Position numbers and translations under genes: made by a program. Shown piece by piece: positions 6,974-16,333 of a DNA stretch of 26,451 nucleotides. The stretch is from a virus. Its lineage: Duplodnaviria > Caudoviricetes. The notes under the pieces were generated by a model, which saw only the letters and a list, made by a program, of their open reading frames with translations, was not told the origin of the DNA and made no database searches. The stretch is taken from IMG/VR virus record IMGVR_UViG_3300033512_000100, positions 1 to 26,451 of that record; one strand, given 5' to 3'. How positions within the stretch are numbered: position 1 is the first letter of the stretch; every line of letters begins with the position of its first letter.

Positions 6974-7259
6974 AACAACAAATATGGAAACTACTGATAT
7001 TAATGGAATTGCAAGTAATGCAACTCCTCCAACAAAAGAACAATTAATGGAAGAACAATATTTCCATATTTTCTTACTTAAATATTACTATAATAGTACT
7101 ACAAAACAGGAACAGAAGAATCAAAAAGATACAGATTATTTAAATTTTGAATTTGGCCCTGAAACATATACAATACAATTTCTTGATTTAAAATTAAAAG
7201 CAGATAAAGAAACTAATTTACTTAAAATCAATCAATATCCGTTACTAAAAATTAAATAA
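6954..7259 (+). CDS. Hypothetical protein (start may be ATG 6984)
   Basis: ORF in operon context, followed by hairpin AACGCTACCT/AGGTGGCGTT (7271-7305). Confidence 0.65.
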   Translation: MRKNSIKTTNMETTDINGIASNATPPTKEQLMEEQYFHIFLLKYYYNSTTKQEQKNQKDTDYLNFEFGPETYTIQFLDLKLKADKETNLLKINQYPLLKIK

Positions 7260-7319
7260 CAATGTTTATCAACGCTACCTATTATTAATCATATAAGGTG
7301 GCGTTTTAAATTAGAATCA

Positions 7320-7424
7320 ATGAATAACAGAGAAAAAATCAACTACTCCAAATTAAAAAAATTTGATATAAAGTTTACGAAACAAGAAAATAAACAAAAA
7401 TTACAACCCGTAAACAAAAAATAA
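7320..7424 (+). CDS. 34-aa basic peptide
   Basis: MNNREKINYSKLKKFDIKFTKQENKQKLQPVNKK*; ends 3 nt before the sigma-like gene. Confidence 0.45.
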   Translation: MNNREKINYSKLKKFDIKFTKQENKQKLQPVNKK

Positions 7425-7427
7425 ATA

Positions 7428-7943
7428 ATGAGGGAAATAAAAAACATTACTAATATAATTGCGTTATCAAAATATGATTCAACGATAAGAGAACATGCTA
7501 CTATCTTAACTAAAGGTGATAGAGAATTAGCTGATGATATGGTACAGGAATTATATATTCAATTACATAAATATTTTTCAAAATATCCAAATAAAATAAT
7601 TGATGGAGGACTAGTATCAGTATCATTAAGAAATCTTATTAGAAATTATCAAAAATATGAATTAAATCGTTATGATAGAGGTGGTGTTGATTATGAAGTC
7701 TCATTTCCTGAAATCCCAGATGATATAGAAGATATAGTAAGGGAAAAAATGGAAATAGAAAAATGTTATGAAATAATTGAAGAAAGAATAAATAGTTTAA
7801 GTTGGTATGAAAGAAAAATATTAGAATATTCATATAAAATGAGCTTACTTGAATTAAGTAAACAATCTAAAATATCATATCAAAGCTTAATTACAACAAG
7901 AGATAAAATAAACAATAAATTAGGAATTAATGGCAAAAAATAA
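7428..7943 (+). CDS. ECF-type sigma-like factor
   Basis: Region 2 (DRELADDMVQELYIQL...LRNL) and region 4 (INSLSWYERKI...SLLELSKQSKISYQSL). Confidence 0.8.
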   Translation: MREIKNITNIIALSKYDSTIREHATILTKGDRELADDMVQELYIQLHKYFSKYPNKIIDGGLVSVSLRNLIRNYQKYELNRYDRGGVDYEVSFPEIPDDIEDIVREKMEIEKCYEIIEERINSLSWYERKILEYSYKMSLLELSKQSKISYQSLITTRDKINNKLGINGKK

Positions 7944-8289
7944 AATAATTAAAGATTATATATTAAAAGAAAATACTATCATAAATGATGAATTAGCATT
8001 AAAAGGTTCATGGGTGGTTGAGTTAGAAGAAAAATGTTCTGATTGTACTCGTATAAAACAAGATATAAACCAACAACGAAATATGACATTATTATTTCCA
8101 TATCTGCGAAAATCAACTAGACAAATAACAGAACAAGAATTAATATCACTATCATTAGATAACGCTGAATATCTAACTAAATTATACAACGAAATATTCA
8201 GTGAAAATCAACCAATATGTAATTGCCCCTCAATACATTCAGAAATGATGGAAAAACTACAAATATTATATAATTATCAACAATTATGA
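7930..8289 (+). CDS. Cys-rich protein, paralogue of 6563-6973
   Basis: CSDC...LFPY...LYNEIF...CNC...L..LY in the same motif order. Confidence 0.7.
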   Translation: MAKNKIIKDYILKENTIINDELALKGSWVVELEEKCSDCTRIKQDINQQRNMTLLFPYLRKSTRQITEQELISLSLDNAEYLTKLYNEIFSENQPICNCPSIHSEMMEKLQILYNYQQL

Positions 8290-8498
8290 TACCAGGAATG
8301 ATATATTATAAAAACGGTATAATAACATATAATATAAAACAAGAGGATGATATAAGAATATATATAAATATATACTATCACCTTCAATGGTTTAGATTTA
8401 AAGTGATAAAGATGGTATTCACTGATGAAAATTTAGTAGACTTAATAAAAGCTGCTAAAATAACAATAGATGGATTAAATTCTCAATATAAATTATAA
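8286..8498 (+). CDS. Hypothetical protein
   Basis: 70-aa ORF with ATGA overlap. Confidence 0.6.
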   Translation: MIPGMIYYKNGIITYNIKQEDDIRIYINIYYHLQWFRFKVIKMVFTDENLVDLIKAAKITIDGLNSQYKL

Positions 8499-8506
8499 AA
8501 TAATCA

Positions 8507-8517
8507 TTGTTTTTAAA
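8507..8517 (+). promoter_or_regulatory. Class B (late) promoter motif TTGTTTTTAAA
   Basis: The same 11-mer precedes genes at 11112, 17177 and 22489; variants at 19068 and 250. Confidence 0.6.
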
Positions 8518-8536
8518 CAAAAAATCGCAATGTTAC

Positions 8537-8965
8537 ATGAAAATAGAAAATAAATATACAGATACAAAATGGAATGAAGAAACAGTTAATGATTTAGCTG
8601 ATGATTTGATTGCTTGGATGTTAGAAGAACGTACTATAACGGGTCCTGATGGGATGGAATTAGGTAAAGTTGATGCCGGAAATGTATTTTGGAAAGAATT
8701 CCTATATAAAAATAAATTATATGATAGTACTTTTAATTATTTAGCTAATAAATTCGAATCATTTGGAGAAAAATTAGAAATAGCTAAAGCGATTCAAGAA
8801 CATAAATTACAAAAACTATCATTTGAAGGTAAAGGTAAAGAAGCTATAACAAAATTCATCTTAGCAAACAAATATGGATGGAAAGAAAAAGCTGAAAATA
8901 CAAATCAAAATACAACACAAATAAGTTGGAACGAAATTAAAACATATACATCAGGAAGTAAATAA
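8537..8965 (+). CDS. terS: Terminase small subunit
   Basis: Directly upstream of TerL with TAATG coupling; AITKFILANKYGWKEK C-terminal motif. ATG 8537 preferred over TTG 8507, which lies in the promoter motif. Confidence 0.75.
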   Translation: MKIENKYTDTKWNEETVNDLADDLIAWMLEERTITGPDGMELGKVDAGNVFWKEFLYKNKLYDSTFNYLANKFESFGEKLEIAKAIQEHKLQKLSFEGKGKEAITKFILANKYGWKEKAENTNQNTTQISWNEIKTYTSGSK

Positions 8966-10272
8966 TGGAGTTAACAATAAAGCAGACAATTCTTATTGAT
9001 AAATTAGAGGATAAAATCACAAAAGAAGTAGTTTATGGTGGGTCTGCTGGTGGTGGAAAATCAATGGTTGGTTGTTATTGGTTATTAAAGATGTGTTTGA
9101 AGTACCCAGGTACTCGTTGGTTGATGGGACGTAAAAAATTGAAATCGTTGAAGGAGACTACATTAAATTCTTTTTTAGAGGTATGTAAGATACAAGGTTT
9201 AATAAATGGAGAGCATTTCGTAATCAATGGTCATACTGATACTATTAAATTTTTTAATGGTTCTGAAATTTTAATGAAGGACTTATTTCATTATCCTGCA
9301 GACCCTAATTATGATTCTTTAGGTTCACTTGAAATTACGGGAGCATTTATAGATGAGGTAAATCAAATCGTTGAATTAGCTTGGCAAATAGTTAAATCAC
9401 GTATTAGATATAAATTAGACGAATACGATTTAATTCCGAAAATGTTAGGAACTTGTAACCCATCAAAAAATTGGGTATATAAGAAATTCTACAAACCAAG
9501 TAAAGAAGGTAAATTGACACAAGACAAAGTATTCATTCAAGCCTTAGCAAGTGATAATCCATTTATCAGTAGACACTACATTGAAAATTTAGATACATTA
9601 CCTTTAGCACAACGCAAGAGATTAAGAGATGGTGATTGGGAATATGATGATGACCCTAATAAGTTAGTGGAATTAGAAAATATAATGAATTTATTTACAA
9701 ATACTCATGTTTCTAAACCAAATGAAATTAAATATATTACTTGTGACGTAGCCAGATTGGGTTCTGATAAAGCAGTTATTTGTGTTTGGGTTGGATTAGA
9801 AATAATAGAAATGTACGAATATGATATTTCAAGAATTACTGATTTACAAGCTAAAATAACTATGTTAAAAAACAAACATAACATCGCTAATTCAAATATA
9901 ATTGCTGATGAGGATGGTGTTGGTGGAGGATTAGTAGATGTGCTTAAAATCAAAGGATTTGTAAATAACAGTAAAGCATTAAAGGATGATAATTATCAAA
10001 ATTTGAAAACTCAATGTTATTATAAACTAGCTGAGAAAATAAATAATAATGAAATATATATAAGTGCTGAATTAGGAACTGAACAACAAAAAAATATAAT
10101 TGAAGAACTAGAACAAATAAAATCAGCGGATTTAGATTCAGACGGAAAATTAAAAATCCAATCAAAACAAGAAATCAAATCATTGATAGGACGTTCTCCC
10201 GATTATTCAGATGCTATAATGATGAGAATGTATTTCGAATTTAATCGTAATAGCGGTATATATACGTTTTAA
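8965..10272 (+). CDS. terL: Terminase large subunit
   Basis: Walker A YGGSAGGGKS, Walker B AFIDE, TCNP coupling motif, nuclease motifs DVARLGSD and RSPDYSDA. Confidence 0.95.
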   Translation: MELTIKQTILIDKLEDKITKEVVYGGSAGGGKSMVGCYWLLKMCLKYPGTRWLMGRKKLKSLKETTLNSFLEVCKIQGLINGEHFVINGHTDTIKFFNGSEILMKDLFHYPADPNYDSLGSLEITGAFIDEVNQIVELAWQIVKSRIRYKLDEYDLIPKMLGTCNPSKNWVYKKFYKPSKEGKLTQDKVFIQALASDNPFISRHYIENLDTLPLAQRKRLRDGDWEYDDDPNKLVELENIMNLFTNTHVSKPNEIKYITCDVARLGSDKAVICVWVGLEIIEMYEYDISRITDLQAKITMLKNKHNIANSNIIADEDGVGGGLVDVLKIKGFVNNSKALKDDNYQNLKTQCYYKLAEKINNNEIYISAELGTEQQKNIIEELEQIKSADLDSDGKLKIQSKQEIKSLIGRSPDYSDAIMMRMYFEFNRNSGIYTF

Positions 10273-10328
10273 CAACACATATAAGCGATTTAAAACAATA
10301 ACAATAAATAAACATATAAGATATATAA

Positions 10329-10913
10329 ATGGAAAAAACAACGTTGAATATCAAAGATATCAAATCATTGAAAGATATCAAATATACTGATTTCGTCAAA
10401 TTTAGAGAACTAGTTCAATCTAGTGAAGATATAGATGAAGAAGTATTATCATATAAAATATTAAATATATTCTATGGTATAAAAGTAAAAGAAGCAAGAG
10501 CACTTAAATTAGAACAATTTGAATTATTAATTTCTAAAGTACATAATGCATTACAAGAAGAAACAACATTACATAATATAATAATTATGGATGGAGTCGA
10601 ATATGGATTAATTCCGAATTTTGGTAAAGCAAGTACTGGAGAATTAATTGATATGGAAGCATGTTTTAAAGAAAATAAAATAATTGAACTATTATCCATT
10701 TTATATAGACCAATTGTAGGCGAAATAAATAAAAGGGGTGAATATAGAATAGCTCCATATGAAGGACATGATAGAAAATTCAAAGACATATCAGCATTTG
10801 ATGTAGAAGGTGTTATGAATTTTTTTATGAAGAGCTATCAAATCTTAAGTCATTATATCCATTCCTCTATGATGAAGAATCAGGAGATGAATTTGACGAA
10901 GGAGATGGTATAA
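10329..10913 (+). CDS. Tail assembly chaperone (lambda gpG-like, unshifted product)
   Basis: YGLIPNF...GE.IDME...ILYRP motifs; T7 slippery site at 10820-10826. Confidence 0.65.
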   Translation: MEKTTLNIKDIKSLKDIKYTDFVKFRELVQSSEDIDEEVLSYKILNIFYGIKVKEARALKLEQFELLISKVHNALQEETTLHNIIIMDGVEYGLIPNFGKASTGELIDMEACFKENKIIELLSILYRPIVGEINKRGEYRIAPYEGHDRKFKDISAFDVEGVMNFFMKSYQILSHYIHSSMMKNQEMNLTKEMV

Positions 10914-11104
10914 GTCTCGGTTATACAGAAAAGCAAGAATTTTTAGATTATTATGGTCCTTACATGGAAATGATTTATATCGTATTAAATGGGGATTTGA
11001 CAAGAATGGATGAAGCGTTTAAAATGCCTGCTGAAAAATTTTTATTTATAGCTGAATATTTATTGAGAAAAAGAAAAGTTGAAGCTAAGCAAAGTAAAAA
11101 ATAA
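10820..11104 (+). CDS. -1 frameshift extension of the tail chaperone (gpT-like); fusion about 258 aa
   Basis: After T TTT TTT the -1 frame reads 92 codons (YEELSNLKSLYPFLYDEES...YGPYMEMIY...FLFIAEYLLRKRKVE...) and fills the gap to 11104. Confidence 0.75.
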   Translation, partial: FFYEELSNLKSLYPFLYDEESGDEFDEGDGISLGYTEKQEFLDYYGPYMEMIYIVLNGDLTRMDEAFKMPAEKFLFIAEYLLRKRKVEAKQSKK

Positions 11105-11136
11105 AATTAAATTGTTTTTAAAATAAATAATAATAC

Positions 11137-11586
11137 ATGAACGAATTATATACAGTAACTGATTTCATAATTAAAAGATTCCAATTAAATCCATTGGTTA
11201 ATACTATTTCATTTGAAAAGACAGCTGATATGGATTTAAATAAGGAAAATATTTATCCATTGGTTAATATAGATTATACGTTATCAACTCCAACTGAGGA
11301 AGTTATTTATTTTGTTTATCAAATCTCAATTGTTCAACAAAGAGATATAGACAACGAATTAAATAATGATAAGTTATTTGGAAGTAATATGATTGATAAC
11401 TTAAACGAAACAATGTCTATTGCAGTTAAATTTATTAATAATATCAGAAATAACCATAATGATGATGATATATTCATTGAAAATATAACTGATGTTACTC
11501 CACTTAAGTTACAAAGAGGTAATATGGTTGATGGACAACAATTTACAATAACGCTAGGAATAGCAAATAATACACCTTGTTTATGA
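11137..11586 (+). CDS. Putative tail terminator/completion protein
   Basis: 149 aa, IYPLVNI motif, position among neck/tail genes. Confidence 0.5.
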   Translation: MNELYTVTDFIIKRFQLNPLVNTISFEKTADMDLNKENIYPLVNIDYTLSTPTEEVIYFVYQISIVQQRDIDNELNNDKLFGSNMIDNLNETMSIAVKFINNIRNNHNDDDIFIENITDVTPLKLQRGNMVDGQQFTITLGIANNTPCL

Positions 11587-11894
11587 GCGTAAAAAATGAA
11601 TTAGATAAACTTGGTAATAATATCGCAAAAGACGCGAAACAAAACGCTTTACCAAATAAAAAAACAGGAGCGTTAGACCGTAGTATAAAATATGAGACAA
11701 CGTTTATATCCAATGATAAATTTCAAATTGTAATAAATGAGAAATTCTATGGCCAATTCCTGAACTCAGGACATGGTAGTTTTAAAGGTACAAAATATAT
11801 GGATAAAGCCATAACTAAAAATTTACCTAAAGGAATAGATAATATAGTAAACACCATAATAGGTGATATAATGAACCCAATAAAAGAAAAATAA
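11583..11894 (+). CDS. Putative neck protein (HK97 gp10-like)
   Basis: KTGALDRSI...YGQFLNSG motif; ATGA overlap at 11583. Confidence 0.6.
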   Translation: MSVKNELDKLGNNIAKDAKQNALPNKKTGALDRSIKYETTFISNDKFQIVINEKFYGQFLNSGHGSFKGTKYMDKAITKNLPKGIDNIVNTIIGDIMNPIKEK

Positions 11895-12970
11895 TGGCAA
11901 TTAATCCAATGCAATATGAACCAATTCCAGTATCTTCATCACAGAATATAATAGGATTGAATTCACCATTTTACGCTAACTTAACTAACCCAACAACCTC
12001 ATCATTTACTCATATCAGATTAAAATTGTGGTATTGGAAAGATGGATTATACAACCCGTTTATTAATGAAGATGAACCTAATGTAATATTATATAATGAA
12101 AAAATAAGTAGTAATGATGATTCAATATTATTTGAATTAAGTGATTATCTTAAAGGAACATTTAATCCAAAATTTCAATATGATTCATCTGGAATACCAA
12201 CATCATCAGATTCTTCAATATTTTTTAAATACGAATACGATATAATTAATAACCCATACGCATCATCATCAATATCAGCATCTTCAGTAATTTCATCTCC
12301 AACATATTTGGGAACACAGGGATATAATTGGGGATATGTTGATAGTTCTATATATAATATTCCTTATAATGAATATTCTTTTGGATTTACCGAATCAAAT
12401 GTAGTTAAAAAATACGGAACTGGAGTTAGATATTCAACTTCTTCATTCGATGCTGATGCTTTGAATGTTACTAGCAGTATAATTATAAATAATTTCACAC
12501 CACCATCACTAAATACTATATGTGTTAAAGAACCAATAGCTATAGTTTATATAAATAGATTAGGGTTATGGGATTATTTTTCCCCATCTGGTAAAGTATC
12601 ATTTAATAATAAAATAGAAAAAGAAAAATATACTCAAACATATAGAAGACCTGATTTATTTAATCCATCATTAGACCACAGAATAAGTCAATATAATAAT
12701 AACATAACATCTGAAATAATAATAAATACTGGTTTAATACATGAATCGTCTGGGCAATATATTGAAGAGATAATATATAGTCCTAAAGTATATCTAATCC
12801 AGTTTAAAACTAATACGAATATTGGAGGATTTTATAATAACTATAGACAAATCCCAGTAATAGTAACTGATACCGATTTTGGAAGAAAAACAAGATTTAA
12901 TGATAAAGGAAAAATCAGTTATAATATAAAATTTGAAGAAACAATTAATAAAATAAGAAACGTAAGATAA
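11894..12970 (+). CDS. Tail-tip structural protein (Dit-like)
   Basis: YINRLGLWDYF...INTG...EII.SPKV pattern; directly upstream of the hub gene. Confidence 0.5.
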   Translation: MAINPMQYEPIPVSSSQNIIGLNSPFYANLTNPTTSSFTHIRLKLWYWKDGLYNPFINEDEPNVILYNEKISSNDDSILFELSDYLKGTFNPKFQYDSSGIPTSSDSSIFFKYEYDIINNPYASSSISASSVISSPTYLGTQGYNWGYVDSSIYNIPYNEYSFGFTESNVVKKYGTGVRYSTSSFDADALNVTSSIIINNFTPPSLNTICVKEPIAIVYINRLGLWDYFSPSGKVSFNNKIEKEKYTQTYRRPDLFNPSLDHRISQYNNNITSEIIINTGLIHESSGQYIEEIIYSPKVYLIQFKTNTNIGGFYNNYRQIPVIVTDTDFGRKTRFNDKGKISYNIKFEETINKIRNVR

Positions 12971-15900
12971 TGAGAGTAGAAATATATGTAGAATCGGGAT
13001 TATCTGAAATAACAGGGAGTGTATATGGAGAATTTTATAATACTAATACCGATTTTGAAAATTATACAATAGTTAATAAAGATACATTAAAATTAACCCC
13101 TCATAGCGTAGTTGATACTGATTTACCAATTCAAACTATAGTTAGTCAAAGTGATGGGAAAATATTAATTGGTGGTGATTTTACAACTATTAATAGTATA
13201 AGTTCATCAAGAATAGCTAGGTTGAATAGTGACCATACTTTAGATACTTCATTTAATATCGGAAGTGGATTTAATAATGCTGTTTTTGATAGTACAGTAT
13301 TATCCGATGGGACTGTAGTTGCTGTCGGGGTTTTTACCTCATATAGTGGTTCAACATCAAATAGAATAGTAGCGATTAACCCGAATGGAACAATTAATAC
13401 ATCATTCGCTACAGGATTTAATAATTTTGTGGAAAAAATTGAAGTACAAAGTGATGGTAAAATGATTATCACAGGTGAATTTTCCTCATTTAATGGTTCA
13501 AGTTCAAACAAAATAATCAGATTAAATACAGATTTTACCATAGATACTTCGTTTAATATAGGAACAGGATTTAATAATTTAGCCCAAGAGTTAACGATTC
13601 AACCTGATGGGAAAATTCTTGTTGGAGGATTTTTTACCTCATATAGTGGCTCATCATCATCAAGAATAGCTAGACTAAATACGAATGGAACTTTAGATAC
13701 TTCATTTAATATTGGAGGTGGTTTTACAGGTTTTAGTTCTGGGCACCCTCTTTCATTACTACCACAAAATGATGGTAAAATATTAATAGGAGGATATTCA
13801 TTTGACACATATAGTGGTTCAGCTGTTGATAATTTATTTAGAATTAATTCAAATGGAACTATTGATACCTCATTTGTATCACAATTACCAGCTCCAACAA
13901 CATCTTCATTTTCTGAGGTGTATAATTTGAATGAAATTAGTGGAGGATATAATGTAGTAGGAATGTTTCCATCATATGATGGATATCAATATCAATCTAT
14001 TATTAATATAGATACAACAGGTTCTATTACATCAACATTATCTAGTAGATATGATGCTATAGGAAGTGGTAGTTATACTTTAGGTGTAAAAAATAATACT
14101 ACTGGGAGTGGATTTATTAATGATTCACTTATTTTGGGAGATAACATAATATTAGGTGGTGGGTTTGATGAATATTCATACGTAAATGATGGTTTAATAC
14201 CAAGTGGTACTGTAGAAACAACCATATATGACCGTTTGGATATGTTTGATGATGAAAATATTAATGTTAAGTTCAAATTAAAAGATACAAGTGATTTAAG
14301 TAAAGTATATTCAACATATTCTCAAACATTTACAATACCTACATCAAATAAAAATACTAAATTATTAAACTACTATTTCAATACTGATGTTGTAAGAACA
14401 GCTAAAAGATACTTAAAAGCTAAAATATATATAAATAAAGAATTATTTAAGGTAGGATTTATATCAATCAATGAAGGTAAATTCAAATATGGAAACAATT
14501 CATCATATTCAATTAACTTCTTTACATCATTAACTAATTTAAAAGAATTATTTGGTGATGAGACATTAGCTACTACATTACAAAGCTCATCTTATAATAT
14601 ACAATGGAATGACCAAATAGCATATGATTATACAAGAGGATTAGCAGTAACATCCTCAGTAGACCCTGAAGTGATTGTTCCATTAGTATCTAATAAAAGA
14701 GTATGGACATATAATGATAGTGGATTGAATGATATAAAATATACAGGAACTAAAACAGGTGTAAAATATATTGAACCTAGTGAATTAAGACCAGCTATCC
14801 CATTTTCGAGAATAATGGATGATATAGCAGCTGCTAAAGGTTTAACATTCACATCACCATTATTTGGACAAGACGAATATGAAAAACTTTACATATTATG
14901 CAATTCACTAGCTACAACAGAATATAAAGTAATTTTAAATTCAGTTATGAGTGGATTTGATTCATCAAATTGGGATTCTACTAATACCAGTAATAGTGAA
15001 TATTTTAATTTAAAATATAATGGTACTGGTTCATCTGATATTACAATTGCTGTAAATTTATTTTTATTAAAATATAACAATTCCACCACAGAAGATATAT
15101 TACCTAAAATAGTTTTTTATAATTATAATACTAATGAGATTTTAAAAGAAGATATCATGACTGTAAATGATGATTATGATGTATGGACTGGGGGGTTAGT
15201 AGTTAATTCAGTTGCTTATGGGTTAAATCCATCAAATTCAATAAATATTGGAATAAAAATTATACCTAATCAATTAGTATATTGGAATACAGGCCAAGTT
15301 AGATTATTATCTCCTGGATTTGATAAGGCGACGTTGACAACTTCAAGATTAACTTTCAGTTTATCATTATATAATCTATTACCTTCAATTAAAACTATTG
15401 ATTTTATTTCTTCATTTATAAAAATGTTTAATATATCTATAATTGAAGACCCAACCAATAATAATATAATTAATTTTGTTCCAAGAAATGAGTTTTATCA
15501 AACAATTAAAGATTATACACCATATATTGATATAGAACAAAATATAGTAAAACCTACATCATTATATAAGAATATAAATTTTAAACATAAAACATCTAAA
15601 TATAAATCAAACGAAGATTTTAAAATTGGTATTGGTTTTAGAGAATTTGGGGAATTTAAATATGAATCTACTGATAAATTTCTTAAAGATGAATATAAAA
15701 TAGAAACCCAATTTAATATAGTTCCTAATAGATTAATTCCTAATACTAATGTACAAACATTTTATGGATTTACATCAGATTCAGAAACTAATGGAACTTA
15801 TGGAACATTATATAAACCAAATAATGAAGATTTTACAATTTTTTATTATAATGGAAGTCAGTCATTACAAGATATTAATAATACTAATATTTCTTTTAAT

Positions 15901-16332
15901 TTTCAAAGTGGTTCATCAGTTGTAGAATTAGAAACATACAATAAAGTAAGTATAGTTTACAACGACAATACTTCATCTTATATTAATTCATTGGGATATT
16001 CAGCTGAGGTTGATGTTTTAGATAATTCATTTGTTTATAATAAGAATTTGTTCTCTAATTATTATTCTAATGAAATTGCAAGAATATATAATAATAATGC
16101 TAGATTATTTGAGTATGAATGTTATTTACCAGCATATGAAATTAATACATTTAATTTAAAAGATGTAATAATAATAGGGAATAAAAAATTTAGTATAGAA
16201 GAGGCAGATATAAATATAGTTACAGGTAAATCAAAATTAACATTAATGAATTATTCTCCTGCTTATACTAATATTTATTTACCTCCTTTAGTACCAACAG
16301 CACCAACAACATTTACAGCAACACTATTATAA
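12970..16332 (+). CDS. Tail-tip hub / minor tail protein with inserted delta-60 (DUF5122-type) beta-propeller repeats
   Basis: QxDGKILxGGxFT...RIARLNxxGTLDTSF repeats; hub-like RLDMFDDENI...YSQTFTIP from residue 420; LPSIK..DFI...KMFN later. Confidence 0.75.
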   Translation: MRVEIYVESGLSEITGSVYGEFYNTNTDFENYTIVNKDTLKLTPHSVVDTDLPIQTIVSQSDGKILIGGDFTTINSISSSRIARLNSDHTLDTSFNIGSGFNNAVFDSTVLSDGTVVAVGVFTSYSGSTSNRIVAINPNGTINTSFATGFNNFVEKIEVQSDGKMIITGEFSSFNGSSSNKIIRLNTDFTIDTSFNIGTGFNNLAQELTIQPDGKILVGGFFTSYSGSSSSRIARLNTNGTLDTSFNIGGGFTGFSSGHPLSLLPQNDGKILIGGYSFDTYSGSAVDNLFRINSNGTIDTSFVSQLPAPTTSSFSEVYNLNEISGGYNVVGMFPSYDGYQYQSIINIDTTGSITSTLSSRYDAIGSGSYTLGVKNNTTGSGFINDSLILGDNIILGGGFDEYSYVNDGLIPSGTVETTIYDRLDMFDDENINVKFKLKDTSDLSKVYSTYSQTFTIPTSNKNTKLLNYYFNTDVVRTAKRYLKAKIYINKELFKVGFISINEGKFKYGNNSSYSINFFTSLTNLKELFGDETLATTLQSSSYNIQWNDQIAYDYTRGLAVTSSVDPEVIVPLVSNKRVWTYNDSGLNDIKYTGTKTGVKYIEPSELRPAIPFSRIMDDIAAAKGLTFTSPLFGQDEYEKLYILCNSLATTEYKVILNSVMSGFDSSNWDSTNTSNSEYFNLKYNGTGSSDITIAVNLFLLKYNNSTTEDILPKIVFYNYNTNEILKEDIMTVNDDYDVWTGGLVVNSVAYGLNPSNSINIGIKIIPNQLVYWNTGQVRLLSPGFDKATLTTSRLTFSLSLYNLLPSIKTIDFISSFIKMFNISIIEDPTNNNIINFVPRNEFYQTIKDYTPYIDIEQNIVKPTSLYKNINFKHKTSKYKSNEDFKIGIGFREFGEFKYESTDKFLKDEYKIETQFNIVPNRLIPNTNVQTFYGFTSDSETNGTYGTLYKPNNEDFTIFYYNGSQSLQDINNTNISFNFQSGSSVVELETYNKVSIVYNDNTSSYINSLGYSAEVDVLDNSFVYNKNLFSNYYSNEIARIYNNNARLFEYECYLPAYEINTFNLKDVIIIGNKKFSIEEADINIVTGKSKLTLMNYSPAYTNIYLPPLVPTAPTTFTATLL
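13135..13880 (+). repeat. Five delta-60-type coding repeats of about 50 aa
   Basis: Protein repeats plus DNA identities such as ACTTTAGATACTTCATTTAATAT (13237, 13690) and TTTTTACCTCATATAGTGG (13331, 13630). Confidence 0.85.
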
Positions 16333-16333
16333 T

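Noticed and set aside
12994-14226. Intein or intron explanation for the hub insertion
   Set aside because: No splice-junction His-Asn/Cys motifs or homing nuclease; the insert is an in-frame repeat domain.
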